Shown: in pieces, positions 1 to 9,545 of the stretch
Layout: each line of letters opens with the position of its first letter
How positions within the stretch are numbered: the first letter of the stretch is position 1
Sequence record: OQ992561.1
Length of the DNA: 64,000 nucleotides
Direction: 5' to 3' (one strand)
Position numbers and translations under genes: made by a program
Notes under the pieces: generated by a model
What the model saw: the letters and a program-made list of their open reading frames with translations, nothing else
What the model was told of the DNA's origin: nothing
Database searches by the model: none

Positions 1-1881
1 ATGGCTGTTAACGAAAACGAAATCGGCACCGTTCAAACTCAAGCTACCGCTCCGGCTCCGCAACCCACTGCACAGCGTCAAGCTCAACGTCCTACTGGCG
101 CGCCTGGGTCTACTACTGGCATTAACCATCTAATGCGTCGCTCTGGTCGGCTAGATGGCTCTGATGCTCGTTCAGCAGATGCCCTACAAGTATTCACTAA
201 AGTAAAAGAAGAAGCAATCCGCCATCAGGACCTACCTGATGACTTCGATATCCATCGTTTCGATCGTGATGCGCAACAAGTTGGTATGGCTGGTCTACTC
301 ATTGTTAAACTAGCTAAAGATATCAATGGTTCCATGAAGGCATTCGTTCGTACTCTAGTACTCGATAACCTACCTGGTACTCGCATCCGTCCCCGTACCC
401 ACAAAATCAACAATGGTCTAACTGATGACATCATTGAAGAGAAGGTACTACCGCGTGATGTATTCACTGCTCAATACTGGAGCAAGATCGGCGAGTTCCT
501 ACGGAACCGTTACAACATCCCTGGTCTAGAAGTACTATCTGCCGGTCCACGTGCAGTGTATGCTGACTTCGACTTCAAAGATGAACTAGCTGTTAAGAAC
601 CTACTAGTTGAATCCGTTAATATCTGTGAAGATGCTATTGCGCGTCGTAACAATGAGACTCCGTTCTCTATTGCGACCCACATCAAAGCAGAAAACGAAC
701 AGCTTACCTGCAATCTAGACTACAATGGTATTCCGGTTAAAGATAGCTGTGGTAATCCGATCCGTTCTGACCTGGTCATCTCCACTAGCCGTGGTAAGAA
801 AACCAACGTACCTGAGAACGAGTTCTATGATACCGATAGCCAGCTAAACCAAGTTAGTCTATTCGTAGATCTACATTGGACTCCGACCACTGGCCAGCAA
901 CAAGGCATGTTTGGCGTAACTCTACCTGGTGCAGTTCTACCTCCGCAGTTCACTCCTTACATCGTTATTACTGACGTTCGTAAGGCATCCTGGATCCAAG
1001 CATGGACTCTAGAAATGTGGCTGTTCGCGCTTGGTAACGCGTATCGTGCAACTGCATCTCAGGCATGGGCTCGTACTCTAATGCCGAAGATCGCTACTAG
1101 TAAGATGCGTGATATTGGTGCACTTGGTTATTACTCAGAGCTAGGTAAAGCGATTGAAACTCGCACCGAAGCATTCATGGCAGACGACAGCAACTTCGTA
1201 ATGCTAATGAACAAGATGGTTAACCAGAACCCTGCATTCCAGATCGATATCGATCCAATGGGCGACAACTCAGCTATTGAGCAAGTCATCCTAGATGCAG
1301 CTGGTGGCGTAAACCAAGCTCGTGCAGTTAGCCTGATCTTCCAAGCTCTAACTAACCTATACGGCACTGATTTCCGTCAGTTCTATAACCTAGCTGAAGC
1401 TGGTCCGATTATCTTTGACAACCATCATGAAGTAGACCTCGGTCACTACACTGATGAGCATGGCGAACTAAGCGACCGTCGTGATCTTGACGTTCTAGGT
1501 GCCATGAACATGTCTGAAGGTAATGACCAAGAGTGGAAGACCTGGTATGCTACTCAGGTAGGTAATGACCACATTGTGCGTCGTATGAATAACAGTAAAG
1601 GCTTCGACAAGATGTACCTAGGTAACGTTACCTATACTGGTCGTGCTCGTCGTCTAACCTTTAACCCGAAATTCATCACCGCAATGGATGCCGCAGCAGC
1701 AGCCGCTGGTGTAACTGTAACCATGGAAAACCTAATTACCAACTTCGGTCAACAGCGCTTCGCTGGTTACACCGGTATGGGTAACATGGCTGTTTCTGGT
1801 AGTGCACAAGTTGGTATGGCTGGCAGCATGGGTCAAACTTACGGCGCTCCTTCCTATAATGCACCGGGTACCTGGTACTAA
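1..1881 (+). CDS. chmA: Chimallin, major phage-nucleus shell protein (phiKZ gp54 / 201phi2-1 gp105 family)
   Basis: 626 aa. Q/A/P-rich N-tail, then [44 protein letters not shown] and TYTGRARR, matching chimallin as I recall it. Directly upstream of nvRNAP beta'. Confidence 0.93.
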   Translation: MAVNENEIGTVQTQATAPAPQPTAQRQAQRPTGAPGSTTGINHLMRRSGRLDGSDARSADALQVFTKVKEEAIRHQDLPDDFDIHRFDRDAQQVGMAGLLIVKLAKDINGSMKAFVRTLVLDNLPGTRIRPRTHKINNGLTDDIIEEKVLPRDVFTAQYWSKIGEFLRNRYNIPGLEVLSAGPRAVYADFDFKDELAVKNLLVESVNICEDAIARRNNETPFSIATHIKAENEQLTCNLDYNGIPVKDSCGNPIRSDLVISTSRGKKTNVPENEFYDTDSQLNQVSLFVDLHWTPTTGQQQGMFGVTLPGAVLPPQFTPYIVITDVRKASWIQAWTLEMWLFALGNAYRATASQAWARTLMPKIATSKMRDIGALGYYSELGKAIETRTEAFMADDSNFVMLMNKMVNQNPAFQIDIDPMGDNSAIEQVILDAAGGVNQARAVSLIFQALTNLYGTDFRQFYNLAEAGPIIFDNHHEVDLGHYTDEHGELSDRRDLDVLGAMNMSEGNDQEWKTWYATQVGNDHIVRRMNNSKGFDKMYLGNVTYTGRARRLTFNPKFITAMDAAAAAAGVTVTMENLITNFGQQRFAGYTGMGNMAVSGSAQVGMAGSMGQTYGAPSYNAPGTWY

Positions 1882-1883
1882 TA

Positions 1884-2250
1884 GGAAATACCTCGGTAGA
1901 TAGGGATGTTAAATAAGTAACATCCCGATTCTAATACTGCGACCCTGGTTCACTTCGGTGATAACGGTTAGGAGTAGGTTCCGTGAAGTAATCGACTAGT
2001 GGACTTAGTCTAGGTCGACCTATCACTACACGAGGATGATAGATCACTTAACCGAAAGGAGTTACTCAAAAGGTGACGTGTGATCAAAAACTACAATGGA
2101 TGGTAAATGATACTAGTGCCGGTATGCTACAGAGAAGAGCGGAGGTTAAGCTTTGTAGATGACGCTAGGATCGGGCCAGGCTCCGTTGGTGGTCCATTGT
2201 AAAAACTGATATAGCGGCTCCTTCGGGGGCCGCTTATATCTCCTTTTTTT
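1884..2250 (+). ncRNA. Candidate structured non-coding RNA / 3' UTR element ending in an intrinsic terminator
   Basis: No ORF. At least 9 helices, UUCG and GAAA tetraloops, nested long-range stems and a possible pseudoknot (see findings). Confidence 0.6.
2208..2250 (+). terminator. Rho-independent terminator
   Basis: gatata-gcggctcc TTCG ggggccgc-t-tatatc followed by a T7 run. Confidence 0.85.
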
Positions 2251-2275
2251 GTTAATCGATAAATAGGAGTTTGGT

Positions 2276-3412
2276 ATGGGTCTTTATGCCAAAGTTGTTG
2301 ATCATAATGAAGTTCATGATCAATTTACGGGTAAACGAATTTATGCCAATGATTACAATACGAGTAACTCAGATGAGAAAGAAGAATTTGATAGGCATTT
2401 CTATTCTCATTTCCAAGATTCAGAAGCAATTGAAAGTAGTGTAAGCTGTGATTGTCGAGCAATCGAAGACGCACATAAACTCGGAGTAATCTGTGATATT
2501 TGTAATACTCCAGTTGTCAATACTTCTAGCCGTCCTATCGAACCATCAATGTGGGTTCGTACACCAAAACATGTACGTAGCCTAATTAACCCACGTTTAA
2601 TCATTATGCTAACCGGATATCTAGTAACTAAAGAATTCGATTTCTTAGCATATCTAACTGATACTTCTTATCGATACGATGTAGAATCTATTGGTTCTAA
2701 GGAAACACGCAGGAAAGTAGATAGGCTACTGCATCGAGGATTTGAAAGAGGATTAAATCACTTCATTGATAATTTCAATGAGATCTTCCAATTCCTACTA
2801 GATGCAAATATTATCTCTAATAATAAATCCGAATTCGCTCAATTCGTTGCTCAGAATAAAGATAAGTTATTCCCTAAATATTTACCAGTTCCTTCTAAAC
2901 TCTGTTTCGTAGCAGAATCAACCACATCTGGTACTTACTTAGATAAACCAATTGAAGCAGCAATTGATGCTACCTTAACCTTCGCTAGTATTGATGCATC
3001 ATCTGTACCACTTAGTCCAATTAAAGCTCAGAATAGGACTATGCGAGGACTAAGACTATATGGCCAGTTCTACGAGATCTACGCAAAATCACGAATTGCT
3101 CAAAAGCCTGGTCTTGCTCGGCGTCACATGTTTGGTGCTCGTCTCAACGCTACGGCACGTGCAGTAATCACTTCTATTAGTGACCCGCATGATTATGATG
3201 AACTACATATCCCTTGGGGGGTAGGTTGTCAATTATTAAAGTATCATCTAACCAATAAACTAAAAGCAAAGTTTAACATGACAACTCGTGAAGCATTCTC
3301 ATTTGTATATGAGAATGTACTTCAATATAACCAAATCATTGCAGATCTATTTAAAGAGCTAATTGCAGAAGCAGCCCCTTATAAAGGGATGGGTTGTACT
3401 TTTCACCGAAAT
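2276..3412 (+). CDS. Non-virion RNA polymerase beta' N-terminal subunit (gp55-like), exon 1
   Basis: Zn site (CDC...CDIC) and RRHMFGARLNATARAVI (beta' region C). Frame ends GCTFHRN at a TAA that is the intron start. Predicted spliced product is 379+36+72 = 487 aa. Confidence 0.92.
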
Positions 3413-4656
3413 TAATCTATTAAGTTAAAGCGCTACAGATTCTGGGTGTGGTAACCAGGAATCTCTAATGAGGAATTATGAATGAAGAAATAAGATGGCG
3501 TAAAATACCTGGTTTCAATAATTACGAAGTCAGTGATCATGGTCAAGTTAGGAACCTTAAAGGCGAATTAATCTCACAACACGAGAATAAGACAACTAAA
3601 GGTACTTACCTTACCGTTAACATCCACAATGATGACGGTATTAGAAAGATTCGTTATGTTCATCGTTTTGTGTGCATGGCGTTTCATGGGTTACCTGAAA
3701 ACTTTAATGAGTTGGACGTTAACCACAAAGATACCATTAAGCATAATAATCATTACCTTAACCTAGAGTGGGAAACTCGTAGCGGTAATGTTAAGCATGC
3801 ATTTATAACCGGTGCCAATAAACATGCACTCGCTGTTAAATGTACAAACATTCTGACTGGTGAAGTAAATAACTTCATCTCGATGAAAGAAGTAGCCGAG
3901 TTCCTAGAGCTTGGTCACAATAAAGGGTTACATGTCGTATTGGGTCATTTAGTTAAACCATTCAGAGGTAAATATGTATTCGAAGTAAGTGGGGATTATC
4001 ACCCACAGAAGCGTAAGAATGCAATTGAAGTTTATTGCATAGACTTCAAGACCAACACCTTTGGACGATATGTAAACCTAACGCAGTTACAACTTAGAAC
4101 CGGGTTAATTAAAGGGTCAGTGCAGGACATTTTAAAGAAACCAGATCTAAGATTATTCAACGGTGTTGTTATCTGTAGGGTCGATGATAAGGAACGGCTA
4201 TTCGAATACGTTTCTAACCTAACCCAAGAAATGGTTAACAAATCCATTGATGATTACAATAGATACAAAGCGCGTAGAGAGAAGCTACATACCACCTAAG
4301 CAATTAGTGTAGCGACTTAACTTAATATGGGTTTCCTTGTATCAGAAATGATACTCGACAAAACTTCTTGAATTGCTGGAACAACTCGTTAGGTCAGTTA
4401 GCTACAATAGTTCCGAAAGGTTCTATGAATGCTTAAGAATAACTGAATAGAGTCAATCAGCAGCTAAGATCCTAACCCGAAAGGTATGGATAAAGTTCAA
4501 CGACTAGTGCATTGGCACGTAGGGTCCAAGTGGACTCGAAGTGGGAAGCACCTTACTGGGTAAAGCCAAAGGTGAAGATATAGTCTCAACGTCTAGCGAG
4601 AGCTAGAGCTGCACGTAATGGTGCGGGTTAGCCTAACGAACTAACTGAAGATATTG
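3413..4656 (+). mobile_element. Group I intron 1 (IA2-like) in nvRNAP beta', with homing endonuclease in the P1 extension
   Basis: 5' exon ends in U and the intron ends in G4656. Splicing restores FHRN|PTLQRGS (NRxPTLH-like). Core: P aattgctgga 4371, Q aatcagcagc 4455, R gttcaacgactag 4495, S gaagatatagtct 4574. P1 is gaaaU paired with GUUUC 4331-4335. P7.1/P7.2-type hairpins follow R. Confidence 0.92.
3478..4299 (+). CDS. Intron-encoded NUMOD4-HNH homing endonuclease (I-HmuI-like architecture), apparently intact
   Basis: WRKIPGFNNYEVSDHGQVR (NUMOD4) and YVHRFVCMAFHG...VNHKD..KHNNH..NLEW.TRSGNVKHA (HNH). SD gagga upstream. Confidence 0.9.
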   Translation: MNEEIRWRKIPGFNNYEVSDHGQVRNLKGELISQHENKTTKGTYLTVNIHNDDGIRKIRYVHRFVCMAFHGLPENFNELDVNHKDTIKHNNHYLNLEWETRSGNVKHAFITGANKHALAVKCTNILTGEVNNFISMKEVAEFLELGHNKGLHVVLGHLVKPFRGKYVFEVSGDYHPQKRKNAIEVYCIDFKTNTFGRYVNLTQLQLRTGLIKGSVQDILKKPDLRLFNGVVICRVDDKERLFEYVSNLTQEMVNKSIDDYNRYKARREKLHTT

Positions 4657-4764
4657 CCAACGCTTCAACGTGGATCTACGCAGCAGTTCTTTATTACTAA
4701 AGTAAAAGATGACATTAATGATAATTCTATCAGCATGTCAGTTTTATGCCTTAAAGCGCCTAAT
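4657..4764 (+). CDS. nvRNAP beta' exon 2 (108-nt micro-exon, 36 aa)
   Basis: Translates PTLQRGSTQQFFITKVKDDINDNSISMSVLCLKAPN, in frame between introns 1 and 2. Not in the ORF track. Confidence 0.92.
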
Positions 4765-6153
4765 GGACAATTGAATAACCAAATAAGGTAAAAGACAATG
4801 GAACAAAACGGAGTAGTGTCCGTCTTTGATCCGGCTTCATTTAAAATTGAATGGCGAGATATTCCTGGATACTCAGCTTAAGAGGCTAGTAACTTAGGAA
4901 CGATTCGTCATAAGCGGTTAAATAGAATATGTAATTTCTTCCTTACTAAAACATCAATTGGGACATATCTCAATATAGGTGCAAAAAATGATGAAAAGAC
5001 ATCAAAAAGTAAGGGAGCGCATATTCTAGTTTGTACTGCATTCCATGGTCCATCTCCTGGACCAACATATGAAGTCAATCATAAAGACGGCAACAAACAT
5101 AATAACTTACCATCCAATTTGGAATGGATGACTCGTGGTGAAAACATTGAGCATGCTTACAAAAATGGATTAAGAAAAGAAAATAGACGGGTAATTGCAA
5201 CTGATGTTACCACTGGTGAAAAGACTACTTATTACTCGATGAATGAACTTGCTCGGGTATTAGGAGTTAATAAAAATACGGTTTGGGTTATTATACGTGA
5301 CCATAAGACTAAGCCGTATAGAAATAGATTCACATTTGAATTTATTACCGGTGAGACTAAGATTGCTGATCGTGAAAGTACCAAGACAGTTTATGTTTTA
5401 GACTATAAGACTAAGACATTACATGTGTTTCATAACTTAGCAGAAATGGAACTTGCACTAGGTACTAAACGTAATAAAGCCTATTACCATCTAGTTAGAG
5501 GTAGTAAGGAAATCATGGATGGTCTGGTATTCTCATATACTGCTAATCCTGAAGATTTCCCTAAATATACTCAGAAAGAAATTGAAGCCTCATTTGGAAA
5601 ACCTAGTAATGGAAAAGGCACTCCAATTGAAGTAACTGACACCATCTTGAACACTACCAAAGTGTATCCAAGTATTCCACACTTTGCAAGAGATGTCGGT
5701 ATTAAGCATCCGAATACTATTCGAAGAGCAATCTTTGAAAAGAATGGGGTGCTTGATAAATACCTTATTAAGTTAATCAAGTCTAGTTCCCCCAATGAGT
5801 AATCATTGGGATGAGTTCTCTCTAATTGCTGGGATATCCTGTTAAACTAATCTACCACTGCGAGTCGAAAGACAAAGCCAAGGTTTGAAAAAGATTAGGT
5901 AGGGACAATCAGCAGCCAAGCTCCGTAACATTCCATTTAGGAATAGGAGAAGGTTCAACGACTATTACGGTATCAGGTGCGCCGGTCCTAGAAATAGGAT
6001 GTAGAGTCAAGTGACTCGAAATGGGAGACACCCTACTCCGAAAGGAAGGGTGAAGATATAGTCTGGTCTGCATGGCGACATGCAGCAGGTGGTAATTATC
6101 ATGTGGTAATTATACTACCGGGTATGGATTAACGACCCATACTGAACATAACG
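4765..6153 (+). mobile_element. Group I intron 2 interrupting the catalytic N|ADFDGD motif
   Basis: Exon ends AAU and the intron ends G6153. Core: P 5824, Q 5907, R 5953, S 6052. In the P1 extension, aataaggta 4782-4790 pairs with taccttatt 5761-5769. Confidence 0.92.
4798..5802 (+). pseudogene. NUMOD4-HNH homing endonuclease with premature TAA at codon 28
   Basis: ATG 4798 reads MEQ...WRDIPGYSA*EASNLGTIR...HILVCTAFHG...VNHKDGNKHNN..SNLEWMTRGENIEHA, in frame with track ORF 5119..5802. TAA 4879-4881 sits at the conserved NUMOD4 Tyr. Confidence 0.88.
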
Positions 6154-6372
6154 GCGGATTTTGACGGCGATCAATTGAATTTAACGTTAATGCCTGATGT
6201 GTATTTAACCAAAGCAACTGAACGCATTGCTCCACATACATGGGTTCTATCTATTGATGAACCACATGAAATCTCAGGTAACCTTGAATTACAGGGTCCT
6301 GTTGTAGAAACAATTATTAACTGGGCGCATGAGAAGTATTTACCGCCATTAGAAGAATGGTTGAAGTCGTAA
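6154..6372 (+). CDS. nvRNAP beta' exon 3 (gp56.1-like) carrying the Mg-binding DFDGD
   Basis: GCG GAT TTT GAC GGC GAT = ADFDGD, in frame with track ORF 6175..6372. Confidence 0.92.
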   Translation, partial: ADFDGDQLNLTLMPDVYLTKATERIAPHTWVLSIDEPHEISGNLELQGPVVETIINWAHEKYLPPLEEWLKS

Positions 6373-6383
6373 TAATAAACTTA

Positions 6384-6417
6384 CCCCTACTATTTATGTA
6401 GTAGGGGGCTTTATTTC
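6384..6417 (+). terminator. Terminator after nvRNAP beta'
   Basis: cccctacta...tagtagggg stem followed by ctttatttc. Confidence 0.6.
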
Positions 6418-6474
6418 CTGTTATGGCGGCGACTAACCATGGATGTAAAGTTCCACTGGATTTAATTTCAGATT

Positions 6475-6482
6475 TATATCAC
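6475..6482 (+). promoter_or_regulatory. Early (virion RNAP) promoter-like motif TATATCAC
   Basis: One mismatch to the published phiKZ early consensus TATATTAC. Intergenic, upstream of an SD and ATG. Confidence 0.55.
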
Positions 6483-6513
6483 TAAGATGCAATAGTGATA
6501 AGGGGAATACCCA

Positions 6514-6702
6514 ATGTCTAATATTCGTGAAATTATTCGACGTAACCCGGAATGTTTATCACAAGTCGAATGAGATGAACGTGAAGCCAGATCGGTAGCC
6601 GTATTCACTAAGAGATATATTACTTGCGGGAATGGTGATGTAGTGGTAAACAGAAGGTTTGTCGATGCATATGTCGAAATGATCTCTAAGCTTAATGATT
6701 AA
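6514..6702 (+). pseudogene. Small 62-codon ORF with internal TGA at codon 20
   Basis: SD aagggg and ATG 6514. Reads MSNIREIIRRNPECLSQVE*DEREARSVAVFTKRYITCGNGDVVVNRRFVDAYVEMISKLND. Confidence 0.5.
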
Positions 6703-6712
6703 AAGCAAAATA

Positions 6713-6750
6713 AATTAATAGGGGAGTTTGAATCCCCTATTAATTCTTTG
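6713..6750. terminator. 13-bp inverted repeat, terminator-like
   Basis: aattaatagggga gtttgaa tcccctattaatt. Confidence 0.6.
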
Positions 6751-6761
6751 AGGCTAGTAGT

Positions 6762-7145
6762 ATGCATGATTTAGTTATCTATTGGAAAGCTCATGATGGT
6801 TACTACATACAAGATGAATATGGCGAACATCCTGTAACTTTCCAATTATCAGAAATTAATTGGAATTTCACCGGAGCTTATGAATACGGTGGTTCTGAAT
6901 TGATTGATGGTCATTTAAGATTTGGTATAGATTTCAAAATACGAAATATTAAGTGGTGCATTAGGTTTAACCTAGACGGTAAGTTTACTTTTTACAATAT
7001 GTCAAATAATGATCGGGATGATACCCTTGTAATTCCAGCTACTTCAAAATTTGCACAATTCTTTAAAAAGACAGGTAAACATGTAATTACTAATGAAGTT
7101 ATCACTATTCCAATCAATTGTTCTTTTGATAAACAAATCTATTAA
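6762..7145 (+). CDS. Hypothetical protein (127 aa)
   Basis: ORF with plausible SD (gagg) on the coding strand. Confidence 0.7.
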   Translation: MHDLVIYWKAHDGYYIQDEYGEHPVTFQLSEINWNFTGAYEYGGSELIDGHLRFGIDFKIRNIKWCIRFNLDGKFTFYNMSNNDRDDTLVIPATSKFAQFFKKTGKHVITNEVITIPINCSFDKQIY

Positions 7146-7157
7146 AGGTAAATAAAG

Positions 7158-7583
7158 ATGAATAGTAAATGCAACGAATGTACTAAGCAAATCGATAATT
7201 CCCATGATGTACCAAAAACACTTGGTATCTGCCATAAGCATTATCGATTCAATGTATTTGGGGATAATGGTTTACTTAAAGATTCAGATAAACTAGTTAC
7301 ATTTAAACTTAATAAAGAAACTAATCTATTTGAATGTATTCTAGAAAATACTAAAGGTGAATATACTGGATTCCATCATCCTAAGTTTGGATTCCGTATT
7401 AAACATGATGATCCAATCACTATTGTGGTGACTGCACCTGAATATGATATCCATGTTGAATTAACTGTAACTGTTGAAGGTGTTACAAAAGCTGTCAATT
7501 GGATCGGTCAGGAACTAAATACATTTAACTTACCTATGCAACATCCGTTTAATCTATGCTGGTCATATACGGCCAATAACTGA
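7158..7583 (+). CDS. Hypothetical protein (141 aa)
   Basis: ORF with SD aaggt. CxxC near the N-terminus. Confidence 0.7.
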   Translation: MNSKCNECTKQIDNSHDVPKTLGICHKHYRFNVFGDNGLLKDSDKLVTFKLNKETNLFECILENTKGEYTGFHHPKFGFRIKHDDPITIVVTAPEYDIHVELTVTVEGVTKAVNWIGQELNTFNLPMQHPFNLCWSYTANN

Positions 7584-7591
7584 GGTGTATA

Positions 7592-8203
7592 ATGATTGTA
7601 GATGCACATGGTGTAGACCTCTTGGACATCTGTGCAGGTGGCCATCTTACACAGCAAACAACTCAATGGTTGGGTGAGCGTAGTCAGGCACTTCGTTCAA
7701 CTATGTCAACTGCTGCTGCTAGCTTTTTTAATACTGCTCAAAATATGTACAGTATGATTAGTGAATCAGCTGCTGTTCAAGCACTGCGGAATCTGACCAC
7801 AAAGAAAGATAACTTATGGCAGTCGAACAACATTGTGTATCTTGAGACATTAGCTGAACTACAAACAGCTGGTCCAATTATGCAACGTTGGGTTATGGCG
7901 CATGAGCGTCTAAGAACTATGTATCTTAATAATGAAGTTGATGGATATGGTGGTTCTTATAATAACATCCAAGGTGATGCTGTAGGTGAACGACAGTTTG
8001 ATTATCGCCGCGTGATGGATGGAGTTATGTATACCGATAAGAAAGAATTCGGTTATAAAAACTATCACGAAGATATCAAGAGCGATCGTAAACTTAGTCT
8101 GCACGAGAAAGTTGACATCATCCGTATGTGGAATGCTATTGATGAACATCTGGACGCAGGTGAAGAAGATCCAACTTCAGTCGTAGGTAATCTTCTAGGT
8201 TAA
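7592..8203 (+). CDS. Conserved jumbo-phage protein, positionally phiKZ gp59 (reported import cofactor Imp3)
   Basis: 203 aa, SD gaggt. The gp59 assignment is by gene count from gp54 only. Confidence 0.5.
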   Translation: MIVDAHGVDLLDICAGGHLTQQTTQWLGERSQALRSTMSTAAASFFNTAQNMYSMISESAAVQALRNLTTKKDNLWQSNNIVYLETLAELQTAGPIMQRWVMAHERLRTMYLNNEVDGYGGSYNNIQGDAVGERQFDYRRVMDGVMYTDKKEFGYKNYHEDIKSDRKLSLHEKVDIIRMWNAIDEHLDAGEEDPTSVVGNLLG

Positions 8204-8209
8204 ATAAAT

Positions 8210-8237
8210 GAGAGTCCCTACATGGGGCTCTCTTCTA
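8210..8237 (+). terminator. Terminator-like hairpin
   Basis: gagagtccc...ggggctctc followed by ttct. Confidence 0.55.
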
Positions 8238-8254
8238 TCGTTTAGGAGAGATCT

Positions 8255-8590
8255 ATGTCAATTGATCTACTCGTACCAAATAAACTAAAGATGTTTCAAA
8301 AAAGTCCAGATGGTACGGGATATATGTACTTTAATAGTACAGATGGAATAGAACTTAAATACGATAATCAAACACGACTATTGTATCTTCCCGATAATGA
8401 CTATGTAACTGGTGATTATGTTTCACCTGATACTAAATTTATTTTCACAGTCATTGAAGGTGAAGTGGTCTCTATTAAATTAGATACTGGCGAGGAAATA
8501 CATAGTTATAGTTTTTGTGATGAGAGTCCATTGTGGAACCATCCACATATTGCTTTTTACGTTAAGGAAAATACCGATGCTATTAATTAA
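8255..8590 (+). CDS. Hypothetical protein (111 aa)
   Basis: SD aggag. Confidence 0.75.
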   Translation: MSIDLLVPNKLKMFQKSPDGTGYMYFNSTDGIELKYDNQTRLLYLPDNDYVTGDYVSPDTKFIFTVIEGEVVSIKLDTGEEIHSYSFCDESPLWNHPHIAFYVKENTDAIN

Positions 8591-9041
8591 GAATAATAAC
8601 TCATCAAGGCCACTACACCCTATTCTTAAATTAACTACTGCTGTGGTTGATTCAATTCGTTTTAATTTTGAAGAATATTCTTATCTTAAAGAAGCATTTA
8701 AGAATGGCGCTCTACGTATCTATGTAACTGGATATGACTATGCTTACCCATCTGAAGATGGTCATCTTGTTATTAAAGACGACCATCCTAATGTTTCTAG
8801 CAGGCCACCATTTGTACATGTTGGTAGGGATCCAAATGGGTTAGTTGATGATACCCAGTTATATGTAGCTACAACTCATTTTTCAGGGACAAGTAGTGAA
8901 ATTACTACCAAACCCATTAGTGTACATGCATGTGTTACTGAACACGATATCGTTTTAACAAGCACACTCAAGAAAAAAGAAGGTGCTGTTATCGTATATC
9001 ACATTGAATTAATTGCAAGTAAATATTTATATGCTAGTTAA
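8577..9041 (+). CDS. Hypothetical protein (154 aa from ATG 8577)
   Basis: SD aagga before ATG 8577. Overlaps the previous gene's stop. Confidence 0.7.
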   Translation: MLLIKNNNSSRPLHPILKLTTAVVDSIRFNFEEYSYLKEAFKNGALRIYVTGYDYAYPSEDGHLVIKDDHPNVSSRPPFVHVGRDPNGLVDDTQLYVATTHFSGTSSEITTKPISVHACVTEHDIVLTSTLKKKEGAVIVYHIELIASKYLYAS

Positions 9042-9077
9042 TGTAAGTATTTAACTGTATGTATCAAGCAATATAAA

Positions 9078-9545
<468 letters not shown>

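Noticed and set aside
1884-2250. Post-chimallin RNA as a fourth group I intron, tRNA or hammerhead
   Set aside because: No P/Q/R/S cores, no exon frame to restore, no cloverleaf with T-loop, and no CUGAUGA/GAAA core.
5119-5802. Stand-alone 227-aa gene
   Set aside because: It is the 3' part of the interrupted HNH gene beginning at 4798.
4879-6573. Stop-codon reassignment explaining the in-frame TAA and TGA
   Set aside because: TAA, TGA and TAG all end normal genes throughout the window. These are isolated lesions, not an alternative code.
6762-7583. Adjacent ORFs as paralogs (VTFQL/VTFKL, RFG/KFG)
   Set aside because: The similarity is too short to support without a profile comparison.
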